Source: the human T2T-CHM13v2.0 reference genome, Homo sapiens. Taken from it: a stretch of DNA of 64,000 nucleotides. A model generated the notes under the pieces. That model was not told the origin of the DNA. It worked only from the letters and a program-made list of their open reading frames with translations, and made no database searches. Each line of letters starts with the position of its first letter. The stretch's first letter is position 1. Positions 14,241-27,185 of this stretch are shown in pieces. The stretch is from NCBI RefSeq assembly GCF_009914755.1, contig NC_060936.1; one strand, 5' to 3'. Both the position numbers and the translations under genes were made by a program.

Positions 14241-14696
14241 TTTCTTAGCCTTAGATTTTTTACTTGTAAAACAGGGATAGTAATATTTTCTTCATCTTTG
14301 TGTACAGAGGATCCTCCTAGGAAAGGATATGCCAGTGGTAAGGTCAAGTCAGGCAGTGAGTTTAATCTAAGCTAATTTATTTAAAAAGGAAGGTTGAACT
14401 TGGCTATTATATGGTGTCCACCTCTCATGTTGTTTTTTAGCTTATCTTGCTGTAGACTTGTGCCTTGGGGTATAGGGGGGAAATTATAGTACTCTTTTAC
14501 ATGAGAATATCTAGGAGACATTAGGAGCAAAAGCAGCCTTGTTTTGAAACTGTGGCCAGGTAGTATCATATGAAGATGGTGGGGAGGGTCTCTTTTCTTC
14601 AGTAAAACTGGGCTTTGGTACCACAATTTTGGGATAGCATCAGTGCCATAACTTGGTAGACTAGCATTGTCTGAGTCCTAGCAGTGCTGACAACAG

Positions 14697-14826
14697 TGGG
14701 GCCAAAGTTCCCTATTAGGTTTTTGAGGACTTCGGAGAGCCAATCAGCTGATGCAATCACTGCCGTTACCACCACCTAAATGAACTGACTTTTTCATAAG
14801 AGGAAAATGGCAGATGCCAGGTAGTA
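14697..14826 (+). promoter_or_regulatory. Candidate promoter/enhancer motif cluster
   Basis: DR1/HNF4-like GGGCCAAAGTTC at 14699, NF-Y AGCCAATCAG at 14738, E-box CAGCTG at 14745, C/EBP-ATF TGATGCAAT at 14749, YY1-like AAAATGGC at 14804. Motif evidence only. Confidence 0.3.
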
Positions 14827-17389
14827 CCTCAGGCATTGCATTAAAAACATACGTGAGAAATTGCCTTCATTCTCTAAGAAATAATTGGAATGGATTTTGT
14901 AAAGCACTGGAAGTACTTTAAAAATTAGTGAGGAAATGACATCAGAGAAATTTGGGTTATTGATAACATTAAGAACTATATTGTATTGTGAGTGTCTGTG
15001 GCCTGTGACACAAAAGTTACTTGATATATGAGCCTCTTTTTCTTCTATTAATTAATGACAGGAAGAATTGGATTTCAATGACATATATAGCAACATAACA
15101 TTCAAGCAAATCATACTTGAACACCAAAGGCAAGGAAGAAACAATCTTTAATGAAAAGGTTACTAATTCATCTCTTCTTTATAAAAACTAATAATGGATC
15201 ATTATTGTGGTGTTAGAAAGGTTTTCATATCTTGCTCACACCTCCCAGCTCATGAAGTTAAAAGCTATTTAGCATGTAAGTGAGATATTCTGTTCATGAT
15301 TCTACATTTATACCATAGATTTAAATATGGATAGCAAATCAGCACATATCTCCAATTAACCAGTGCTGATATATATTTGAGTAATCAGTGTCCACAGCAA
15401 TATGGTAATTTCTGATTATGCATGGATAAACATAGTTGTCCCCTTAGTCGTTGAACTTTACTATAATAAATATAGCCCTTTGAGAATGGTAGTAGATAAT
15501 GAACTAATGGGGGATTTATTGTAGCAGGCTGTAAAATAGCCCGATGGAAGATATGAAAAAATCAAAACACCAACCATTTCCAGGAGCAGTAGTAGACAGG
15601 CCTTAAACTATTGATTTGACAGTTTGGGCCATTAGAATGAAGGCCCAACTAAGAAGCAGATTTCCCAGTCTGCAGAGCCTGCCAGGGAGAAGAAATATGC
15701 CATTTAACAAGTACCTTGCCCAAGTGTTTTTGCTTCTACCAGCTGGCAACTACAGAATGTGGTACAGTCTCATACTCACCAGGAGACATTACAACAAGTT
15801 CCTGGGGAGTTAACAAATAGAAAATACCCACGCAGGCTTAGCAGGAACAAAGCTTTAATATTCTTAACCTGCTGAAGGCAGTGAAAAGCTCTCATTAGAA
15901 CAGTTGCTCAAATGAGTCACATTTCTATCGCCTTCCAAGCCTGTGTTTCTTTACTAGATGCTACTTTGAAGCTGGCATTGCCACAGGTACAACTTGCTGC
16001 AAACAGGTCAAGAACTCTGCTCTAAAGTTGTGCAGAATTTGAAAATCTTTATTTTCATTTAATATTAGATTCATTTCAGTTTATAGCCTGTGTGAGAATA
16101 TTTGCCAGAAGGAACTCTTTTTTTTGTTACTTTGGTCTGATCTAAATTTATTACTTAGAAACGTTGAGCTGAATTTATTACTTAGAAACATAAACAATGG
16201 CTTGAACTACTACATTTTCCAGCCCTTTAACGTGGCCAAACATCATGTAACATGTCAGCCCTGAGCTTGGTTAATTTATTGCACCTTTCTGTTGATTGGA
16301 AGGGCATGAATCCTAGAAGATTTTGCTTTCATTTTGAAATACCATCTGCTAAATTGCTAAATTATATTCTAATCACTTTTTTTTATATGAAGGGATTCCT
16401 TTCTAAGAACAACTTAGAAATGTTAAGATAATTTCACCTGCAATTGTGACCTTGAAAAAGATGCAAAATGTTACTGCTTCATTCTTTTGGCATAGTCCTT
16501 CAAACCAAACAGGATTCCAACAGCATAATTTTATTATTCCTTTTGCTGACAGTTCAGGTTCTTCATTCATACTTTATATTTTCTTATTTATAGAAAATAT
16601 TTTCCTCTCAAAGACATAACTTTAGAAATTCCGATACCAAAATATGTTGTTGTACTTATATTTTACAAACTCAAAAGAAGGAGGAAAAATACCAGTATTT
16701 TTTTTGACATTTCCTACAAGCAAGTAACTCAAAAGAAATGCAAAAAACCAAAGAGACAGTATTCAGAAAGGCAAATTACAGGAATTAAGTAATCATAACT
16801 TCTGTGTTGATAAAAACTCAGAAAAAGTAAATGACGTAATTATCCAAAATGTTTAATTTTGAGAAATAGAACACTATTTATGTAAAAGACATCTTCATAT
16901 TTTTGCACTTTTGTTCCCCTCAACTAGTATTTTGAAGGGTCACACCTTCAGAGCAGAGAGATATGCCAACGACAGAAATATTTAAGATTCCACAGAATTT
17001 TAGTTGATTTGTTGTTGGAGTTAACAATAAAACCATATCAAGTAATTTGAACTGGATCAGTTGGTTGTGGATAGATGTCAAGCAACATACATGACACAGC
17101 TCTTTAACGTTCTAGGAAAGTGGCTGTCCCCAGCTGGATACAGCATTTCGACAGCATGTGTGCAAACATAGCTGGTTCATCCTTGGTGAGTCATTTACAG
17201 CCACGAGTATACACTGCAGGTGACACAAGAACCAGTGCACGATTGGATGAACCACAGAGGAGGCACTTTGGTGCTCAACTTTCAGTATATTCTGTTTTTA
17301 CATGTTTACATTTCAATTTTTTTTTCCTGAGGATACTCAGTTTAATATCTTCTATTTGAGGTGCCTTACAATTGTGTAAAATTCTTAGG

Positions 17390-18296
17390 TATTATTATTA
17401 TTTTGTTTTTGTTTTGTTTTTATTTATTTATTTTTATTATACTTTAAGTTCTGGGATACATGTGAAGAATGTGCAGGTTTGTTATATAGGTATACACATG
17501 CCATGGTGGTTTGCTGCAGCCATCAACCCATCACCTACATTAGGTATTTCTTCTAATGCTATCCCTCCCCTAGCACCCCCCCACCCCCCAACAGGCCCCA
17601 GTATGTGATGTTACCCTCCCTGTGTCCATGTATTCTCATTGTTCAACTCCCACTTATAAGTGAGAACATGTGGAGTTTGGTTTTCTGTTCTTGTGTTAGT
17701 TTGTTGAGAATGATGGTTTCCAGCTTCATCTATGTCCCTGCAAAGGACATGAACTCATCCTTTTTTTATGGCTGCATAGTATCCCATGGTGTATATGTGC
17801 CACATTTTCCTTATCCAGCCTATCATTGATGGACATTTGGGTTGGTTTCAAGTCTTTGCTATTGTGAATAGTGCTGCAATAAACATATATGTGCATGGTC
17901 TTTATAGTAGAATGATTTATAATCCTTTGGGTATATACCCGGTAATGGGATTGCTGGGTCAAATGGTATTTCTAGTTCTAGATCCTTGAGGAATTGCCAC
18001 ACTGTCTTCCACAATGGTTGAACTAATTTACACTCCCACCAACAGTATAAAAGCATTCCTATTTCTCCACATCCTCTCCAGCATCTGTTGTTTTCTGACT
18101 TTTTAATGATCGCCATTCTAACTGGCATGAGATGGTATCTCATTGTGGTTTTGATTTTCATTTCTCTAATGACCAGTGATGATGAGCTTTTTTTCATATG
18201 TTTGTTGACTGCATAAATGTCTTCTTTTGAGAAGTGTCTGTTCATATCATTTGCCCACTTTTTGATGGAATTGTTTGTTTTTTTCTTGTAAATTTA
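17390..18296 (-). mobile_element. 5'-truncated L1PA (about PA7-PA8), ORF2 C-terminus plus 3'UTR
   Basis: ORF 17859-18245 is the ORF2p Cys-rich region; L1PA 3'UTR and T-rich tail. Confidence 0.92.
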
Positions 18297-18447
18297 AGTT
18301 ACATTTCAATATGTAAAGATATCTCAAGATATTTTAGATAAGGCAGATATGATTATCTCAACATAAGATTTTATGAGACTAAGGGGAAGCAAACCAAAAA
18401 ATTGTTTATCTCCAGAGAGGTACTATTTTAAAGAAATTAAAAATGAG

Positions 18448-18748
18448 GGCCAGGTGCAGTGGCTCATGCCTGATATCCAGCACTTTGGGAGGCCAAGGCA
18501 GGTGGATCACCCGAGGTCAGGAGTTCAAGACCAGCCTGGCCAACGTGGTGAAACCTCATCTCTACTAAAAATAAAAAAAAATTAGCTAGGCGTGGTGGCA
18601 GGTGCCTGTAATCCAAGCCACTCAAGAGGCTGAGGTGAGAGGATCACTTGAACCCGGGGGGCACAGGTTGTAGTGCACCGAGATGATGGCATTGCATTCC
18701 AGCCTGGGCGACAGAGTAACTCCATCTCAAAAAAAAAAAAAAAAAAAA
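18448..18748 (+). mobile_element. AluS
   Basis: Dimeric Alu with a 20-A tail. Confidence 0.93.
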
Positions 18749-18860
18749 GAGTGCATATGGGAGTCTTTCTCTACGTATACTGAGGTTTGATAGTTCTGTC
18801 CAGAGTACCATTGTAGAACCTTTAAAACCATATGAGAAACACAAAATTCTTTTCTCATGT

Positions 18861-19232
18861 TTTATTAGTCTGTTCTCACACTGCTAATAAAGACATACCC
18901 AAGACTGGGTAATTTATAGAGGAAAGAGATTTAATTGACTCACAGTTCAGCATGGCTGAGGAGGCCTCAGGAAACTTACAATCATGGTGGAAGGGGAAGC
19001 AAACACGTCCCTCTTCACATGGCGACAGCAAGGAGAAGTGCCAAGCAAGTGGGGGAAAAGAACCTTATAAAATCATCAGATATCATGAGAACTCACTATC
19101 ATGAGAACAGCATGAGGGTAACTGCCCCCATAATTAAATTACCTCCCACCAGGTCCCTCCCATGACACGTGGAGATTAGGGGAACTAAAATTCAAGATGA
19201 GATTTGGGTGGGGAAACAGCCAAACCATATCA
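18861..19232 (-). mobile_element. THE1D-like MaLR solo LTR
   Basis: tattagtc...cagccaaaccatatca; 5-bp TSD catgt at 18856-18860 and 19233-19237. Confidence 0.9.
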
Positions 19233-19303
19233 CATGTTATGCATAAAGATGATGTTTTTAAGAAAGGAACTTTTCTTAAAGAGGATAGTTTTATGTTCTA
19301 AAT

Positions 19304-19658
19304 CAGGGTCAGCAAACTGTGGCTCACAGGTCACATCTTGCCTCCTACCTGTTTTGGCATGGTCTGTGAACTAAGGATGATTTTCACGTTTTTAAATGGT
19401 TGAAAAAAATCAAAAGAAGAAGAATATTTTATGACCCAATGAAGATGATATAAAATGTAAATTTCAGTTTCCTTAAGTAAAGTTTTATTGGAACACAGTC
19501 ATGTTCGTTCATTTATGTATTGTCTGATGTATTGTCTGTTACATATGGCTACTTTTGTGCTTCCATGGCAGAATAGAGTTGTAACAGAGACTATCTCACC
19601 TACAAAGCCTAAAATATTCACTATCTATCCCTTTGCAGAAAAAGTTTGCCAACTTCTG
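19304..19658. mobile_element. MER58B (hAT-Charlie) with perfect 8-bp TSD
   Basis: TIRs cagggtcagcaaact and agtttgccaacttctg; TSD ttctaaat at 19296-19303 and 19659-19666. Confidence 0.88.
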
Positions 19659-21329
19659 TTCTAAATTACTTATCTTCTGATTTTGATACAAGATTGCATA
19701 ATGAAAAGTAAGTGTTTTTGTAGTTAAATGGGAATTTATGTTATAATTACTTTTGTACTAATATTATGAACAAATAATTATAACAGATTTAATTAAACTA
19801 TAGTATTATTTTCCATTGGCATTTGCATGACATGAAATAGGTCCCCAGTAAGTATTTTTTGAAGAAATAGATAAATAAATTCACACATGAAGCAGAAAAA
19901 TATTGGTACTAAAAGAATAATCCATTTTAGCCACTTTTTCTTCTGATTTAAGTTCTGTTTTTGAAAACTTGTTTAATTTAGTAATATTTGTCATGTCTCT
20001 GAAGTAATCAGTTGCCATAAATTTGAAAATGATACAGTTGTGGAATCACAAACTATATTTGTGTCTGATTTAATTCAGCTAAATGTGATCCTAATTAGAT
20101 GCATGGTGTTCCAGCTTTTTGTGTTCCTCAGTTCATTTTTTGTGGTTTCTTTGTGCAGGCAGTATTAAACATATATGCAAATCTCTACAATTATTCACAC
20201 TGAGAGACAGAAGCGTCTGTGTTCTGTGATCATCCGTTTATACATTTAAAAACCTTATTTGTAGAGAATCAATAATTAGATGGCCTTGGAATATAAATTT
20301 GACATTTCTGCTGTACAGTGATTTCCTTCTGGTAGAGTCTTAAGTTCTGAGTTTGAAGCTTCCATGATTATTGATTATAATTATTTTTAAAGTTAATGAC
20401 TTCTTTGGGGATTTATTTGAGACTGAAGTAAGTCCAACATGCAAAACTTCTAAGTTAGTAAACAAATAAATCTCCAATCTCATCAAGCAAGTTATTTACT
20501 GGAAGCCTTGTAAATTAGAAGCATGGTGCCCCACAATTCCATTAATAAAATCTCATCAGCATAATTTAATGTCACATATACAGTATTAGGTTTTAGAGCC
20601 AGAACCACAATTACTATGAGAGAGAGTTTAACTGTATAAATCTTAATGGGATAAACTTTCAAAACAGTTTAGAACAGACAGGTATAACAGAAAAACTCCC
20701 CTAGGTAAATAATATTAAAATATTATTTAATTTATATTTATGAAATTATCAGCCAAATAATTGTGATTTATAAGATCGTTTCAACAAAAAGGACAGCAAC
20801 TATTGCTCATCTGTAAAATAGAATAATTCTATTAGAATGACATTGACACCATATTAATTTTTATTTACACAGTTTGATATAAAATCAAAATTGTACCCAT
20901 GTTATTTATAAGCATGAAATCTATGGGCGTGTAGAAATTTTCAGTATGAGTTAGAAAGTAACAATTAAAAATTTTATGGATTTCTTAGTCCAAATTCAAC
21001 ATTTTTTCTCTACGAATGTATGAAACTTAATTGATACTACTGAGTATTTTAACTGACTTCTAATTGTGTTTGAAGGATGTATTATCTATGGGTTCTATAG
21101 CTACTGTTTTCTATAGGTTTCTGTTCTAAGTCAGTGTATCTATAGGGATATAGGCATAGATATAGATATTACTAAATATTTTTATCATAAACAAAACAGT
21201 AAATATCCTTACTTTTTCTTCTTATGGTTTTTAAAACACATTTAAATGATTGATCGATAAAATAGAATTGAGAGAAATATGTTACATAAAAGTACTTTCT
21301 AGAAAGTAAGGGAGAAAAATTGGAAATAA

Positions 21330-22630
21330 TTACAACTATCAAATAATAATTATGTAACAGTTTTACATATAAGCCTTTAAAGACATTAAAATATACCAAT
21401 TTATAAATATAATTCATGCAACATGAAAGTATGTTATGCAACACAACAATATAATGAACTCTACCACTCAAATCAGGAATCAGAACAATACTAGTAGCCT
21501 TACACTGAATCCCTTCACAAATAGTGATTATTTTGCATTTTGGCCTTATTTCTCCCATGCCTTTATTTTAAAATAGTTTTATGTCATATGTATATATGTA
21601 TATGTGTGGGTGTATGTGTGTGTATGTGTATATATAGCCAAAAGTAGGTTGCCTGATGTTGCTTATCTTTGAACTTCTTTTTGTAATTTTTTTCATCTTT
21701 GATGTTGTGACTATACTTTATTAATTTTCTCATAGTAAAACATTCCATTGTGTGAGTATACCACAAGTTATTTATCCATTTTTCTATCGGTGGATATTTG
21801 GACCATTTCCAGTTTTCTTCCCAATTTTATATGTGCTGCTATGAATATTAGTGTAAACATCTTCCTTTAAACATATGCAAAAGTTTTTCTAGGCATATAA
21901 TGAAGAGCAGAGTTGCAAGACCATGGTTTATCCAAATGTTCAACTTGGATATTGAACATTTATGTTCAGTAACATAAATAACATACTAAATTATCATATA
22001 ATGACAAACTGTTTTCAAAAATGTTTGTGCCAGTTTACACTATTCCTGGCAATATTACCCTTGATCCATATCCTCACTTAAATTTGTATTGGGTATTGTT
22101 AGTTTTTTTTTTTTTTTTTTTTTTTTTTTAGACATGGTTTCACTCTGTTGCCCAGGCTGGACTGGAGTGCAGTAGTGGGATCTTGGCTCACTGCAACCTC
22201 CACTTCCTGGGCTCAAGGTATCACTCCTGTCTCAGTCTCTTGAGTAGCTGGGAGTACAGGCATGCACCACCACGCCGGGCTAATTTTTTGTATTTTTTGT
22301 AGATACGAGTTTTCGCCATGTTACTCAGGTTGCTCTTGAACTCCTGGGCTCAAGCGATTCACCTGCCTTGTCCTCCTAAAGCCCTGGGATTACAGGTATA
22401 AACTACTGCACCTGGCCAGATTTCATAATTCATGCTAATCTCTTGGGTGTAAAATGATCTCATTGTGGTCTTAATTTTCATTTGCTTGATTACTAATGAG
22501 AGTGATCATCTTTTAATATTTTTATTACTATTACTTTTTTTGTGTGTGAAATATTGTTTGCTTGTTACATGTTTTGTTCAGTTTTTCCTCCCAGTTAGGT
22601 TGTTTGTCTTTTTTCCTATTTATTTGTATT
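21330..22630 (-). mobile_element. Old L1 (L1ME-like) 3' region, interrupted by an Alu
   Basis: ttccattgtgtgagtataccaca...ttatccatt...gctgctatgaatatt...ctcattgtggtcttaattttcattt...gattactaatgag. Confidence 0.7.
22103..22417 (-). mobile_element. AluJ
   Basis: Antisense Alu with a 27-T tail and J-type ctcctgggctcaagcgat. Confidence 0.92.
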
Positions 22631-24880
22631 AAATTAATTTTCCTAAATTAAATTCAGTTTCCTAAAAATACAACAAAAAACACAAGCAAAATATTTTGAG
22701 CACAACTGTTTCAAAATGTTATGTGAATTCTCTAAAGCAGTACGTTTTATTTATTGAAATGGTCTCCAACAAGAAAATGTCTAACTGGTTAAATATTGGT
22801 TTAAAGGTAGATGACAGACTAAATCATATATATAGATAGGTAGAAATATGTTTGTGTTTTTTCAGCCCAAACTAAGAGTGATCCTTTATCCTAAAGCCTT
22901 TAGATTCTAACATATTTATTATTGGAACAAGGGGAATACTAAATTTGGGTTGACATTTTTATGTTATTTAAACATCATTTATATTATACTTGTACTTTGA
23001 AAAGTCTTCCAATATCCATGGAACAAAAAAGTTCAGAATGATAACTACCTAAGCCATTACTACCATATCTGTAGATTTTTTTAAGCCTTTGTCAGTAGTC
23101 TATCATTATGCCATTATCAATATAACATACTATCGATAAAAAGGTACTTAAATATCATTATACTAATTATTTTAATTATTTAAAATACAACTTTAAAATC
23201 CAATTGTGTCCTAAAGTGATATTTCACAGTAAGAGGCAAATGTATTATATGAAGCATGAGCTTTCCCTGTTGTGTCTTTCATTCTTTCCCTCATCTGTAT
23301 CAGAAAAGGTCACAATCTGGGGATAATTATTCACTTCACCTTTTCTACCTGGTGAGGTGGCTTGAATTCCCAAGATCTGTCCTTTTCAGGGCTTCATACT
23401 GGGATCTCAGGCCCCCATGCTAAGCCTAATTTACTTATCGACTTCATATATTTATAGTGGCATAACAATGACCATATGGATTCTCTGCTAAATATACTCT
23501 TACGTTGTTGCTTCCTATATAAAAAAGCACTCAATCCTACTGGTACCATCAGACCAGTGCTCCCCAGGTGATGTGAAAGTTTATCTGAAATCCAGTTTCT
23601 GAAGAATAAGTAAACTTTATATGAGAGGACTTCCCTGAAACGCTTGCTTCTCTGTACCATCTAATATAAGCAGAATTTCTGAAAACTACATTCAGCTAGG
23701 GTTGCTGTGAAGATTCAATAACAGCACCTGATATATAGGAAGTTTTCATTAAATGTTACCAGTGAGGAAAATGATGTGATTTTGTATTGTTAGAAATCTT
23801 GACACATTTGGCATCATCCATGTTTTGCTATTAATTCGTAAGACTACCTCATTAAACCTTTATTTTGAATGTACAAACATTTCTCATTTGTAGTCTTTGG
23901 AGGCCTACTTTTACACGTGTTTTGTTTCCATAATTACCTAAAGCTAATTTGACAGGTACTTTGTCTCATTTTTTTTTTCTACTACAGTGTCTAGAAATGT
24001 GCTTTACATAGTGCTCAATAAATGTTTGATTAAATTAAAACAATGTTACCAGGGCATCTGCATATTATAACCACAGATTAAGAAATGTAGATACAGAACA
24101 TGTATTCATTTGAACTTCAAAGTACGAATCCAAATAATAAAGCTGGTATCAAGGTGGCTAGTGGTTCTGGGGCTCTGGTATAATCACTCTGTCTGGTTTG
24201 CTATCACTAAATTACCAATAGGGAGCTTGATCTGAGAACACATGCAAAAGCAGATCACCTTCAGCTCCCCTCTACAGGGGTTCAAGAGTCCATTTTCAGC
24301 AATGCAGAAAATACATTGAGAAACATATGTTTAGGGGAAAGCAAAATGGTGTTTTCTCACCTGCGAAAGGTAGTTGCTAATAATGCATTTTAACTCTTGT
24401 ATGCCATCTCACTAAATCTGTACTACTTTGAAATTATAGAACATGTTTTCTTCCTGGAAGACAGAAATTATCTTCTTTATCCCCATGCCTGATCATTACT
24501 GAACATAACAATTACAAAATGTATAAAAACACTGTCTCTTTGGGCTCCTTCTTTAGCTATTTTTTTTTCTAGAGAAGAATAAGAATAAATAAAGCAGAGC
24601 TTCTTTCAAAATTACAATTTCTTCTGGAATCACGGTTTCAGAAAAAAGAGAAGAGGATGAAGAGTATGAGAAAGGAGAGAGAGAGGGAAGGATACAGAGA
24701 ATAGCACAGGGTTTTAAATAAATTTAAGTATTCTCCTTTACCAAGGTTTCTTGCTATAAGTCATCTAAGGTCAATTTACTCCCAACATCAGTTTTAACAA
24801 AGAAAAGTGAACAAGAAAGCTAACAACAATGGAAAATGATGCTAGACTTTGCCAGAGCTTTTATTTCAACAGGATATTGA

Positions 24881-25228
<348 letters not shown>

Positions 25229-25643
25229 ACAACTCTTGATTCCTGCCTCCATTGTACTTTGGTCCTGTTTTCCATTCCAGATCTAGGTTTGTTCTGCATG
25301 CTGGCCTTCAACTTTGTTTCTATTCAAATCCAGACCTGCTTTGCTTTCTCAGTTTCTGGCTCAAGTCCCAAGCAAAATTCTATCTGGATAGATCAGAGAT
25401 TCAAATGGTCAAGGGCCATTTGCAAGCAGCTCTTTCGCTATCAAACAAAGTATGAAAGCCTAGTTTTTAGAAACAGTTTTTACTTTTAGCCATGAAATGC
25501 ATGAGCATAGTACATGAGGTCCAACAATACTTATGGCTTATATTACAACAACCAGGGTGACTTCCCTTGGTCTTGTTTCCATCGGACAGCAAATGTGATG
25601 TCATTTTAATTAAATTCATTGTCATTATTTACATTATTATGAC

Positions 25644-25768
25644 TTTATAATTATAAATTATATAATATATAATTAATAATTATAAATTATATAATATATA
25701 ATTAATAATTATAAATTATGTATTATATAATTAATAATTATAAATTATATAATTATAAATTATAATTT
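25644..25768. repeat. AT-only minisatellite, 29-bp unit, about 3.5 copies plus a 15-bp sub-repeat
   Basis: Unit taattataaattatataatatataattaa starts at 25648, 25677 and 25706; partial copy at 25735. Confidence 0.9.
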
Positions 25769-26146
25769 GTAGAACCAAGCCAAAGAGTATGATGCCTTTT
25801 TTCTTATGCCTCTTATACACACTGTCATAGATCTATTCCTATCCTAGTTGTTTTTACTTTTGATCTGTGCCACAAAATTAGTACACTTTAGTTCCAAATT
25901 ATGTACAATTATATTATTAATTTCACAAAATAAAATAGCTCAGTCAGAATTTTAATCAATATTCGTATTGCCCTAAAAATACTCTTTTATTCACTAATTA
26001 CTTCAAGGTATTTTGAGTCGGAAGTGTGTTGGATTTTTCTTGTGTGTGCCTTAGAACAATGTGCTAAACATACAAAAAGTATTCAGTAAGCACCTTAGTT
26101 GATATAACTGAATTTGCAGTGTTTTTTTCTTACCATTCTTTCTATG

Positions 26147-26488
<342 letters not shown>

Positions 26489-26631
26489 TAAATTGATAAG
26501 TTCACAAATGTATAGCATTCAAAAATGTTTTTCTCTGCCTCTCTAAACTTGACATGTATTTACCAAAGGAACATATAATCTGTGCATTATTTGTTTATAA
26601 AGTACAAAAGGAGCTCTAAACTGATATAAAA

Positions 26632-26940
26632 TAGTGGTTCTCAAACTTTTTGATATCAGAAGTCTTTTACATTCTTAAAATTTATTGAGCACCCCAAACA
26701 TTTACTTTAGAAAATTCTGGAAAATACAAATGTACACAAGCACAGCATTCTGTCAGCTGATAGCGTGATGATATCATATGTCCCTTAGCCTCTGGAACAC
26801 TTCACTGTAGCTTTAGATAGTTAAGAGTGAAAAAGTCAAATAACAGCTTAGTTCTGTTATAAAAACAGTTTTGTTGTGGCAGAACTCAAAGGGTCTTGGT
26901 GTCTCCAGGGCTTCCCAGCAACACTTTAGGAATTTCTGTA
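26632..26940. mobile_element. hAT-Charlie (Charlie4-like) internally deleted element
   Basis: tagtggttctcaaactttttg...tttacattcttaaaatttattgagcaccccaaa ... cactttaggaatttctg. Confidence 0.6.
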
Positions 26941-26949
26941 TAAATATGA

Positions 26950-27185
26950 AGTGGTAATAATAAATATTTTCAGAACAGCTTAAAGTTTACAATGTAGTTT
27001 CACCAGTGTTTTCTCTTTGATTTCCCCCATAACACTGTGAGATTAATTAGTATAGTCATGACAGTATTATATAAGTTTACAGGTAAGAAAAAATTATATT
27101 CAGGGAAATTAAGTGATTGTCTCACTCAACTAATAAAATTAACTCAGATCTTCTAATTTTAGAGCTTGTGATTTTTCCATTATAT
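26950..27185. mobile_element. MIR
   Basis: ataacactgtgag...tttacaggtaagaaa...tcagggaaattaagtgattg. Confidence 0.6.

Noticed and set aside
24263-24279. CTCF-like site CCTGTAGAGGGGAGCTG (minus strand)
   Set aside because: Mismatch at a usually conserved C; a single weak motif is not enough.
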